IMG/VR virus record: IMGVR_UViG_3300027586_000007
Span: 17,497-81,496 of that record
Reading direction: 5' to 3' (one strand)
Source of the DNA: a virus
Lineage: Duplodnaviria > Caudoviricetes
DNA length: 64,000 bases
Part shown: positions 1 to 10,200 of the stretch, piece by piece
Position numbering within the stretch: position 1 is the first letter of the stretch
Layout of the letters: every line of letters starts with the position of its first letter
The notes under the pieces: generated by a model
Seen by the model: the letters and a program-made list of their open reading frames with translations, nothing else
Database searches by the model: none
Told to the model about the DNA's origin: nothing
Program-made: the position numbers and the translations under genes

Positions 1-1
1 A

Positions 2-976
2 ATTATAGTAGGAACAAATGCTCCAGTAAAGCAAAGAGTTTTTTGGAAGGGCAGCATATCCAAAGCAGACTCATTGCCAACAGTTAAGTTCTATGACATA
101 ACTGAAGACCCAGCAGTTGCACCATCTATTAATCCAGCAACTCTTTTACACACGCAAACAGCAGAAGAAGTAGATACAGACTTTGGTGTATATAGCGTAT
201 ACCCACCATTGACTCTTACAAACAGACCTAGATCATTAAAGCTAGTATGGGAATATCGGGTTCAAGGGCAAGTAGTAACAAAAGAGCATAAGATTTTTGT
301 TGTTACCCCGTATGCAGATTTAACACAAGCAGCTGACGCACTTGGATTTGGGTTTGATCAATCTGACCCTAATTATAAAACATTTGCTGACCTAGTTGCC
401 GCAGAAAGATATGCTAGAAAGTTAATTGAAAATTACACTGGACAGCAGTTCCATTTGTATGATGACGTAAATGTTGTTTATTCAACTGGAGCAGATATTC
501 TTCCACTGCCTCAAAAGATTAACCAGTTGCATGAGCTTTATTTAAATGACATGCTTTTGGTAGATACTATTAACAATGTTAATAATTTAAATATGCCAGT
601 TTCAGTATCTGAAAGTGGATTTGGATTAAGAGTTGATAGATCAAACGCATTAGACAATGTAGTTTATTATGCTAACGGCATGATTCCTCCAAGCATTAAT
701 GATAGCGGAAGAGGCATATTTGTAAATGGCGGGACCTACAGGGTCGCTGGTAGATATGGCTGGCAAAATGTACCAGACGAAGTAGAGCTTGCATGCATTG
801 AATTAATGAAAGACTTTTTCTCTAAAGATAAAGAATGGCGCAATAAGTATATAAAGAGCATCCAGACATTTGACTGGCAGTTCCAATATGATACATCAGC
901 ATTTAGCGGCACAGGCAATAACTATGCAGATCAGCTATTACTCCCATATGTCACAAACAAAATGGTAGTTATTTAA
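2..976 (+). CDS. Head-to-tail adaptor/connector protein (5' end lies upstream of the window)
   Basis: The frame of ORF 74..976 is open from nt 2 (IIVGTNAPVKQRVFWKG...). It contains adaptor-like helices (AAERYARKLIENYTGQ; VPDEVELACIELMKD) and sits first in a neck-tail gene order. Confidence 0.65.
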   Translation: MIVGTNAPVKQRVFWKGSISKADSLPTVKFYDITEDPAVAPSINPATLLHTQTAEEVDTDFGVYSVYPPLTLTNRPRSLKLVWEYRVQGQVVTKEHKIFVVTPYADLTQAADALGFGFDQSDPNYKTFADLVAAERYARKLIENYTGQQFHLYDDVNVVYSTGADILPLPQKINQLHELYLNDMLLVDTINNVNNLNMPVSVSESGFGLRVDRSNALDNVVYYANGMIPPSINDSGRGIFVNGGTYRVAGRYGWQNVPDEVELACIELMKDFFSKDKEWRNKYIKSIQTFDWQFQYDTSAFSGTGNNYADQLLLPYVTNKMVVI

Positions 977-977
977 G

Positions 978-1406
978 ATGAACAACCTAGTTGATTCTAT
1001 TTTCAATATGAAGGTAGATGTATATCTGCAAGAAGATTACCAGGACCCAAACACTGGTGCTATCAAGAAGTCTTGGATATACCAGAAAACAATCCCGTGC
1101 TTTGCAAAAGGAATGATATCTAATTCATCCACTGCAAGAAGCGGAGATAACAGGGCCATATCAACTAAATATGAGAATACTCAAACTATAGAAATTAGAA
1201 CACAGACGCCAATTACATACAGACAGAAGATAGCCAATATCAAAGATTCTTCTAACAATGTAATATGGTTTGAATTAAACTACCCAAATGATACTCCAAC
1301 AGTATTTGAGATAGTAAGCTCAACACCAATTACAGATCCGTTTGGAACACTTATGGCATATAACTCAATTGCCAAAAGGTCGGAGAACCAGATAATTGGA
1401 GACTAA
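978..1406 (+). CDS. Probable head-closure/head-tail joining protein
   Basis: 142-aa beta-rich protein directly after the adaptor; assigned by synteny. Confidence 0.5.
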   Translation: MNNLVDSIFNMKVDVYLQEDYQDPNTGAIKKSWIYQKTIPCFAKGMISNSSTARSGDNRAISTKYENTQTIEIRTQTPITYRQKIANIKDSSNNVIWFELNYPNDTPTVFEIVSSTPITDPFGTLMAYNSIAKRSENQIIGD

Positions 1407-2190
1407 CGGAGTAGCACTATTACAAGCAGCATCTGGCCTAGAAAGACTAATGGTTGGTTCATCTGCCGCTGGAGTTGTTAAAGATAGCAACGTAGCACAA
1501 ATATCTGCATTCTTATATTACCAAGCTAATGTTGCAGCAAAACTTACGTCAAATAAAGCATTTCAAAGACTTTTTAAAACTACCATATTTAATCAAATAG
1601 ACAAAGACTTTGGATTATTTATAGACTCCCAAGCACGTACAAAGCCAAAATCATTGCACCATGTATACGAATGGAATAAGACTGGGCAGACTACTAGTAG
1701 ATTATTTAAGCTAAACAGAATGGATTCAATGGGACTTTCATTTAAAATAAACTATGATCTTAAGTTATCTAGATCTTCTGTGCCTACTAAAAATAGAAAA
1801 CAAAAAAGTAGATATGTCTTTGCAAATAAGGCTGCGGTAATGGAAAAAGGAATGCCACTCACAATCAGGCCAAAATCAGCTGAAAGACTGGTATTTGAAA
1901 TTGATGGAGAAGTTGTATTTATGCCAAAAGGTAAATCAGTTACAGTAAGAAGCCCAGGCGGAAGATCTTCTACCAACCAGTTTGATCTTGCATACAGTAG
2001 ATATTTTAGCGGACCTATGGTTTCTCACTCCATAAAAGCTTCTGGGTTCCAAAACATATTTGGATCTAAGTTTGAAAAAGCAATGAGAGTCCCTTCTTCT
2101 ATATCCAAGGTGCGTTATTCTTTTAGTCCAGGTACAATTAGACTACAGGCGGACTCAGCATTAATTGAACAATTTGGAGGGGCAGCATAA
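1396..2190 (+). CDS. Virion neck/tail-completion protein (putative)
   Basis: Lies between the head-closure and tail-terminator positions; overlapping start/stop; basic composition. Confidence 0.4.
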   Translation: METNGVALLQAASGLERLMVGSSAAGVVKDSNVAQISAFLYYQANVAAKLTSNKAFQRLFKTTIFNQIDKDFGLFIDSQARTKPKSLHHVYEWNKTGQTTSRLFKLNRMDSMGLSFKINYDLKLSRSSVPTKNRKQKSRYVFANKAAVMEKGMPLTIRPKSAERLVFEIDGEVVFMPKGKSVTVRSPGGRSSTNQFDLAYSRYFSGPMVSHSIKASGFQNIFGSKFEKAMRVPSSISKVRYSFSPGTIRLQADSALIEQFGGAA

Positions 2191-2696
2191 TGACAAACTA
2201 TAATATAGACGCAATGTATGAAATTAGAAAGCATTTATGGAGAGAACTTCAATTAAACAATATGCTAGATCCTAATTCATATTATAGCGATAATTTGGGC
2301 GAAGCAATAATTCCAATTATCCCAGTTCAGCAGGCTCCAGAAATGAGTCAATTTTTAAGCGGCAAGACCCACATTGTTTATGACAAGATAGGTAGCACAT
2401 ACGAAGAGAACTGGATGATATGTTGCGAAAAGATATCTTTTACAATCTACTCAATAGACCATGCTGAAATAAATGCCATTAGAAATATGATGATGGATGT
2501 ATTTAGAAGAATGGACGATTCTGCTAGAGACCTAAATAACTCCAAATCTACAAATAAAATAATATTTCATAACACAATGATCGTAGATATGTCTCCCACA
2601 GAGCCATCTGAGGAGCTAGCAGGCTTTTTGGCGGCAGATATCATACTTGAGGTCAAATACTCTAGGACAGTTGGGGCAACGGGCAGATTCGATTAG
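2190..2696 (+). CDS. Probable tail terminator protein
   Basis: 168 aa, immediately upstream of the major tail gene; alternating beta/alpha pattern. Confidence 0.5.
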   Translation: MTNYNIDAMYEIRKHLWRELQLNNMLDPNSYYSDNLGEAIIPIIPVQQAPEMSQFLSGKTHIVYDKIGSTYEENWMICCEKISFTIYSIDHAEINAIRNMMMDVFRRMDDSARDLNNSKSTNKIIFHNTMIVDMSPTEPSEELAGFLAADIILEVKYSRTVGATGRFD

Positions 2697-2815
2697 TTTG
2701 CCTTTTAGTTGATTGTAAGATAAAATTATACCAAGAGGAAATGAGCCTAGCCAGCTTGATTTAAAGTTTTACAGTAAGTCAATATATATATATTTATTTA
2801 ACAGGAGGTTTTAAA

Positions 2816-3514
2816 ATGGCATCAGCCAAAAATATTTTAGTAGGAGCTTCTCCACTATTCTTGTCAGCTTCTGATTCAACCACATCTGGATACGTAGCAG
2901 ACATGGAGCCAGGATCAGCAGGTGGCGTAGCATTCGTAACAAAGAACCAAGCAGCAACACCAGCAATTCCAGCAACAGTTTCATACACAGATACTCTAAA
3001 TGCAAACGCAGCAGGAGCATCACCAAAGTGGAGAAACGTAGGATTTACAAACAATGGTCTACAAATTACTTACAACCCATCATACGGTTCAGTAACAGTA
3101 GATCAGCTTCTTGACTCAGCAAAGCTTTTCAAGGAGTCAATGGAAGTTATGATCGCAACAGAGCTTGCAGAAGGTACTCTTGAGAACGTTCTTGCAGTAT
3201 TCGGTCAAGCAGGTACAGCAACAGTAACAGGAACTGCAGACGCAAAGAAGTCTACAATTGGTCTAGAAGCAGGAGCTCTTGGTGTTGCACCAACAGAGCG
3301 CCAGCTAGTAGCAGTTGGACAGGCTCCAACAGAAGACGCAACAAAAGCAGAGCGTGTATATTATGCACGTCGTGTTCTTTCTGTACAACAGTCACAATTC
3401 TCACTTGCTCGTAACGCAGCAACAACATTCCCAGTAACTTTCCGTCTACTTCCAGTAGAAGCAAAGACTGGCTCTGAGTACGGTATTATCGTAGACCGTG
3501 TTCTAGTAGCATAA
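2816..3514 (+). CDS. Major tail (tube) protein
   Basis: Strong RBS (AGGAGG); highly biased codon usage; followed by a strong terminator and then chaperone and TMP genes; VGFTNNGLQITYNP-type motif. Confidence 0.8.
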   Translation: MASAKNILVGASPLFLSASDSTTSGYVADMEPGSAGGVAFVTKNQAATPAIPATVSYTDTLNANAAGASPKWRNVGFTNNGLQITYNPSYGSVTVDQLLDSAKLFKESMEVMIATELAEGTLENVLAVFGQAGTATVTGTADAKKSTIGLEAGALGVAPTERQLVAVGQAPTEDATKAERVYYARRVLSVQQSQFSLARNAATTFPVTFRLLPVEAKTGSEYGIIVDRVLVA

Positions 3515-3533
3515 TTAATATACATTAATTAGT

Positions 3534-3563
3534 AAAACCCCCCTAAGAAATTAGGGGGGTTTT
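3534..3563 (+). terminator. Rho-independent terminator (symmetrical, may act in both directions)
   Basis: AAAACCCCCCTAA-GAAA-TTAGGGGGGTTTT. Confidence 0.85.
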
Positions 3564-3626
3564 GTCATTGTATTGGTATTTCTGATATGATACAATAATT
3601 AAGACGAGATCCTAGGAGGATTTAAA

Positions 3627-3959
3627 TTGGCAACAACAGTATATGATGTAGAAGAGATTCAACTACAAAATGGCGCAACCGTAAAGCTAAAGCCTTTAAC
3701 AATTAAAGAGCTTAGAAAGTTTATGGCAGCCATTGCAAAGACAGCAGAAGTAACTACAGAAGATGAGACGCTAACCATCCTAATCGATGCTTGTGCAGTA
3801 GCACTAGAGAAGCAGCTTCCAGATTTGGTAAAAGATAGAGACGCATTTGAGGACACTCTTGACGTTCCTACAATTAACCGCATCCTTGAAGTTTGTGGTG
3901 GCATCAAGATGGATGATCCAAATTTGCTAGCAGCAGCGGTTCTAGCTGGTCAGAACTAG
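3627..3959 (+). CDS. Tail assembly chaperone (gpG-like)
   Basis: TTG start after AGGAGG; located between the major tail and TMP genes. Confidence 0.8.
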   Translation: MATTVYDVEEIQLQNGATVKLKPLTIKELRKFMAAIAKTAEVTTEDETLTILIDACAVALEKQLPDLVKDRDAFEDTLDVPTINRILEVCGGIKMDDPNLLAAAVLAGQN

Positions 3960-4285
3960 ATCTAGCTGCACTAGAAGGAGAAGTATTCTTAATAGGCAAC
4001 TATAAGAACTACGAAGAATTGGAAGACAGTCTTTCAATGCCAGAGTTAATTCAAACCTTCTCAGCAATGCAAAAGACTGAATCAGAAAAAAGAAAGTTTC
4101 TGGCATCCATACAAGGCATAGAGCTTGACGGTGGAGAACAAGAAGGAAGCAAGAGCTTTGAAGATGTAAAAAGAAATGCTCTTGGAATATCTGCAGATGC
4201 ATCTGATGTTGTTTCATTACAAGGTCAGTTTGCTTCAGAAGCAGGGTTTGGTATCGGAGCGGGACTCGGATACAAAAAGGAGTAG
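3917..4285 (+). CDS. Tail assembly chaperone -1 frameshift extension (gpGT-like; fused product 3627..4285)
   Basis: The -1 frame is open from 3917 to TAG at 4285. Slippery heptamer A-AAT-TTG at 3920-3926. No good RBS for the internal start at 4019. Confidence 0.75.
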   Translation, partial: SKFASSSGSSWSELDLAALEGEVFLIGNYKNYEELEDSLSMPELIQTFSAMQKTESEKRKFLASIQGIELDGGEQEGSKSFEDVKRNALGISADASDVVSLQGQFASEAGFGIGAGLGYKKE

Positions 4286-4289
4286 GTAG

Positions 4290-7200
4290 TTGGCAGATCA
4301 AAATATAGTTACCAACATAACTGCGACGGCTAATTTTAGTAGCCTAACAGCGCAGTTACAAGCGGTGACCACCCAGCTTCTAAAACTTCAAGCTACAACA
4401 ATTGGTTTAAATAAAAATTTAACTAGCCAAGTTGGAGTAATGAATCGTCAGTTTGACGAAACCATGCGCTCCACTGGCCAGTTTGCCAGACACTTTGTAA
4501 CACTAACTTCAGACGTATCTAAGTTCGGACAGAACCTAGATAGCGGAAGAATGAAGCTAGGGCAATACTTTAGAACCTGGCAAGGACATACACAAAAAAC
4601 TAGCTCATTAGTTAGAGACTTAGCTAAACAGCAAGTAATGCTTGAGAACGCAATCATACAGCCGTTAGGTAAAAACGCTCAAGGATTAATGCAATACAAC
4701 GTAATGGTTCAATCTGGACTAGACGCAACAAAAAATAAGTCTGCATTATTAAGACAAGAACTATCCATTATGAACAAGGTAATGATGGATGGGTCTAACC
4801 AGCTTATTAACTGGGGTAAGAATACACAGTGGGCTGGTAGACAACTTACTGTAGGACTTACAGTACCTCTAGCAGCATTTGGAATGGCTGCAGCAAAAGC
4901 ATTTAGGCAAGCAGACGAAGAGCTTGTAAGACTTACAAAGGTTTATGGTGGATTAACAGCAACATCATCAGCAGACCTGTTAAAAGTTAGAAAAGATGTA
5001 TCAGCTCTGTCTAGAGAATTAGCATCTGGGTTAGGTGCAAACTTTACAGAAACAATTGCCTTGGCCGCTGACATTGCTGCAACTGGTAAAGAGGGCGTAG
5101 ATCTTCTAGACTCAACAAGACAAACAACTAGACTTGCAATTCTTGGTGAAGTTGATAGACAAGAGGCAATGAAAGCTACTCTATCAATTCAAACAGCATT
5201 TGGGCAAAGTACAGAAGAGCTTGCTCAATCCATTGACTTTCTTAACGCAGTTGAAAACCAAACTTCAACAAGCCTTGCAGATTTAGTAGAGGCTATCCCT
5301 AAAGCTGGCCCAGTTGTAAAAGCATTGGGTGGAGATGTTCAAGATCTTGCACTTTATTTAACAGCAATGCGTGAGGGTGGAATTAATGCTTCAGAAGGAG
5401 CTAACGCACTAAAGTCGGCATTAGCGTCGATAATTAATCCAACCAAGGTTGCTAAAGAGCAGTTCATGGGAATGGGAATTGATTTAGCTGGAATTGTTAA
5501 TAAAAATGCTGGCAACTTAACTGGAACAATCATGGCCCTTAAGGATTCTTTAGACTCACTACAACCATTGCAAAGAGCAAGAGCAATCGAGCAGCTATTT
5601 GGAAAGTTCCAGTTTGCAAGAATCAATGCGTTGTTTGAAAACCTTGGAAAAGAAGGAAGTCAGACTTTACAAGTATTAGACTTAATGAAAGCTAGTACAC
5701 AAGATTTAGCTAGTATATCTGAGCGAGAATTAAAAGCAATGACAGAGTCTGCTTCTGGTAAATACAGAAGAGCACTTGAAGCCGTAAAGGCAGACCTTGC
5801 AGTAATTGGAGAGCAATTCTTAAAAGTAGGAACATTTGTATTAAATGCAATTGATGGAATTGTAAAGTTTATTGGAAATCTTCCTGGACCTATTAAAGCA
5901 GTACTAGGATTTATTGGAAGTCTTACAGCAATTGCTGGACCTATTATTATGTTAACTGGTGTACTCGCCAACTTCTTTGGATATATAATAAAAGGAATAT
6001 TTGCGTTAAAGAATATTGGCAAAGGCGGAACAGGATTTAAGCTATTAACACCAGAGTTAATGGCAGCATCAAATGCTGCAAAAACCGTAGAGCAATCATT
6101 TTATAGTGACACAAAAGCAGCTGCTACATTTTCAGATGCAGTCTTAACTTTAGCAGCGTCATTTGATAAACTAAAATTAAGCGCCATGTCTTCTACTGTT
6201 GCAACAAGCAATAGCATGTCTACTGTAGCAGGAAGCCCAGTTTTGCGTGGCGGAGGAAGAATTGTAGACAAAGACAACCCTCTTGTAGGTAGACCTTATT
6301 CAAGAGACATGTCTCACGTTATTCCAACTGGATCAAAAACTGCAGAACAAAGAGCAGGTGAAACAATATTCTCTACTGTTCCTGGTCCTAAGCCAGTAAA
6401 CCTAAGACTTTCAAATTCACCACAAACATACATGAATGATGATCTTCCAAGAATTCCTGGAGTTACTTCAGTAAATGGAGTCTCTAATGGTATAGTAGCA
6501 GCAGAAGCAGCAAAATGGCATTCAATGACGGCAGCAATTGCTATGCAGTCAAAAGCAGAATTAGCATTACTTAAAACAGAAGTAGCTGCTACAGGAACAG
6601 TAACTGCGTCATTAACAGATTCATACCAAGCATTACTTCCACAAATGACAAAGATAACTTCTTTGGCAGCAGACGAAACTGCTTTAATTGTTAAGCAGCT
6701 ACAAGCTGGTAAGATTACAGTAGAAGCAGCAAGAGCTAAAATATTTGCATTAAATGCACAAGTAGAAGCAATGATGGTTCAAACAGCACAAGGTGTTGCA
6801 GCAGCTCAAGCAAGAACTATTAGTTTGACTACAGTGCCATTAACAACTCAGCCAGTTGTAAGCGCAGCTGGAAAATCAAACATGAAAGAGCTTTTCCATA
6901 AATCAGAAACATCTAAGTTAGTAGACTCAATAGCACGTGGTCTTGGAGTTAGAACTTCTGGAGCTGGTTATAGTATTCAAACAACAAAGCCTAGATTTAA
7001 TGAAGGCGGTAAGGTTGAAAAGTTTAGTGCAAATAAAACACGGGTTACTGGACCAGCATCAATTGACTATGATGATAGAATGGGATCCGTACCGCTTGGT
7101 GGATATGTATTAAATCAGGAGGCGTCATTAGACCCAAGAAACGCAGCATTAGTCGCAGCAGCACCTTCAACACATAAAGATTCTGGAAGCAACATCACTG

Positions 7201-10200
7201 CCTTGCTTACTCCACAGGAGACAGTGTTTGGTCCAGGACTACAGAATAACCCAGAACTTTTTAGAGCAGTAGATGCTGCCAACAATGGCACACCACTGCA
7301 AGCAAACATGGCTGGCGGAAACATTACACTCTCTAGATCTAATTATGGTTTAGTACCACCGTCTGCTGCAATAATAAGAGGCTTGTTTACATCAAATAGA
7401 ACAGCATATAGAAAACAGTTAGTTACACTAGCAGAAAAAAGAAATTTAGAAAGAGCAGCCGTAAGAGAAAGAGATGCACAGTATGTAGGCGGTTATGGAT
7501 CCAGATCTTGGTTAGCTAGAGGAGCAACAACAAGGTCCGTTCTTAACGACTATATAAAGTCTTTACCTGCTGGAGAAAGAAGAAGAGCTGCAAGCATACT
7601 AGAAGATTTTTCTGGCTCTATAAGAACTGGCAGAGGCGGAATGGACAAAGGATTTGCCAGAGACACCTTTACAATTGAGCCAGGGCATTTAGAGCGTGGT
7701 GGGGCACTTGATAAATTACTAGCAAAGAATAAACTGCCACCATTGGACCTTGAAAGAATTACACACGCTACGCATTTAACTAGAGCATCAGTGAGAGATG
7801 GTAGAAGATTTGTAAGTAAGTATACTGTTGATTATGATTCAAGATCTAATCTTCAGGCAAACCATGGAACCCTAATTGCAAAAAATTTCTTAGAAAGAAA
7901 TATGTCTCGTACAGGTAAGTATGACACAATTATGCAACGTGCAGGCGTTCATAGATCAAAATGGTCAGATACCGAAAAAGAAATTGATGCAAAAATTGCT
8001 GCGTCATTAAAGGGCAAAGAGTCAAAGAAAATTGGAGATGAAAAGGGAGACATAACCTTTGATTCATTTATCCCATTTATAGATTCAAGCATTGTTGCTG
8101 CAGGAGGATCTGCGGCTAAGCTAAAGCTTCTAAAAAGAAATGTAGTAGAAAGAAAAAATGCTGGCGGAATGATTGGTGGTTCTGTTACAAAGGGCAAGCG
8201 CTCATACGGGAGACCACTATTCCTTGGAATGCCTAGAAGAATTAAAGATGTTGAGCAACAAAGAAAAGCTAGACTTCATATGGAAGAAATTAATACTGGA
8301 CTTAAAAACAGTAGGTTTGCTTCTATGGAGCCAACAGATTTTGGTAAATTAATAACACCTACATCTGGAAGAAGTTTCCCTGTACCAGGAATCGGTGGGG
8401 TATATGAAAAGCCAGATGGAACAAGAGTATTCGTTAAACCAGTTATGGATGAAACTGCTGCATTAGCCGAACAACGTGCAACCATCATTGCAAGGCAAGC
8501 ACACGGACTTAATTCTCCACAACAATCAATTAGAACAATGATTGATCCAACTGATCCAACTGGCAAAAGAAAGCTTATTGTTTTAGAGTCTCCATACAAT
8601 GAGGCATTTGCTAAGCAGTCAGCAGATTTTACAAAGAAAGATTATTTTAAGCAATTAGTAGCAGCTAACCTAAGAGGCGATAAAGATTTAGGTAGAGGTA
8701 ATCTCTACGGAGGCACACTAGCAGATGTAGGAACCGCTGGTGTATTCAAGACGGCTTCTGGTAAGAGAGCTTACGAACCAGAGATGATATCAATGTCAGA
8801 CCAAGCACGTATTAACTTGCTTGGAGTAAGGGGCGGAGCAAAGAGATTCTTTGCAGAATCAACATTAAACATACCAAAGGGGATGACACCAAAGCAATAT
8901 CATGAAGCAATGATTGCTGAAATTGATACAGTTCTTCCAGCATTAAAGAAAACTATTTCACAATTTAATTTAAATGCAGAAGAGTCAGCTGTATATGCAT
9001 CTATGATTAGAAGACTTGAGCAGGGCAGGAATGTTAACTGGCAAGAATTTCATGGAATTCATTCTGCAGTAAAGCCAGCCAATGGTGTGGCATTAACTCC
9101 AGCAGCATTAAAGAAGCTAAAGGAAGAAGCAGAATTAAGAATAAGACAAAAAGGACATGCAATATCACTTGCAGACAATTCCTTTAAGACACCTTTAAAT
9201 GGATTTAATCATGGAGGAACAATTGGCAATGTCCTTAAGGGATTAGCTATGAGAAGGATTGGTGCAGGATTTGGACCAACTGGAGCACCTAAGCCTAGTG
9301 CATATGAGTCTGCTCCATGGGGTGTTAACTCGTTATCTATTGAAATGGCAAACACATTGTTTGCAAGTTCTGGTTTAAGAAAACATACACAAAAGCTACT
9401 CTATGATAAGTTTGCCGCTGCAATGGCAAGAGAAAAGCCTTATGGCTATGTTAAGGATGCACAAGGTTCACTAAAGAATGCTCTTGAGCCATCATCATTA
9501 GATTCAGTAATTAGACAAGCAGCTAGCGATTTAGTTGGCGATAGAAATCTATTAAGACAGCTATCTCCAATCGATAAAGATATTCTTAGAAACAAATATT
9601 TAAATTGGGATTCAAGAAAAGATACACCAATGACTGCAGAGCTAAAGAAGAAAATCTTTAGCATCGATGGTAAAAGAGAAATGGGTGGACCAGTATCTCC
9701 AGGACAAAATTATGTTGTCGGAGAAAAGGGCCCAGAAATATTTAGTCCTTCTCAAAGCGGAAAGATTATTCCTGGATACGAAATAGGCGGAGTTATTCGT
9801 TACGGAAAAGATTCATATGGTCGTAAGGGAAATCCTGCGGCTCGTGCAGCACAAGAAAGAGCTAAGGCAGAACGTGCAGCAGCATATGTTCCTGCCCCAG
9901 TAGAAGCACCTGAGCGTAAGCCTGGTCCATTGACTGGATCAAAAACAACAGTAGTTGGCAATGGCGGTGTTAGAACGAACCAATACGGGGTACAAGGTTC
10001 TTTGCCATATATGCCTGGACTCACATTAGGTCATGCAGCTTTAAATAGAACACAAGCAGCTCTACTATCTGCCGCAAAACAAATAGAGATGTCACTCTTT
10101 GCATTTGGTACAAGCGTTAAAAAAGATGCTCTTATGACTGGAAGAGTCATAAAGTATTCTGGAGACCAACTTGTGGTTGGAGCAAGAATGTTGCCAGGAC

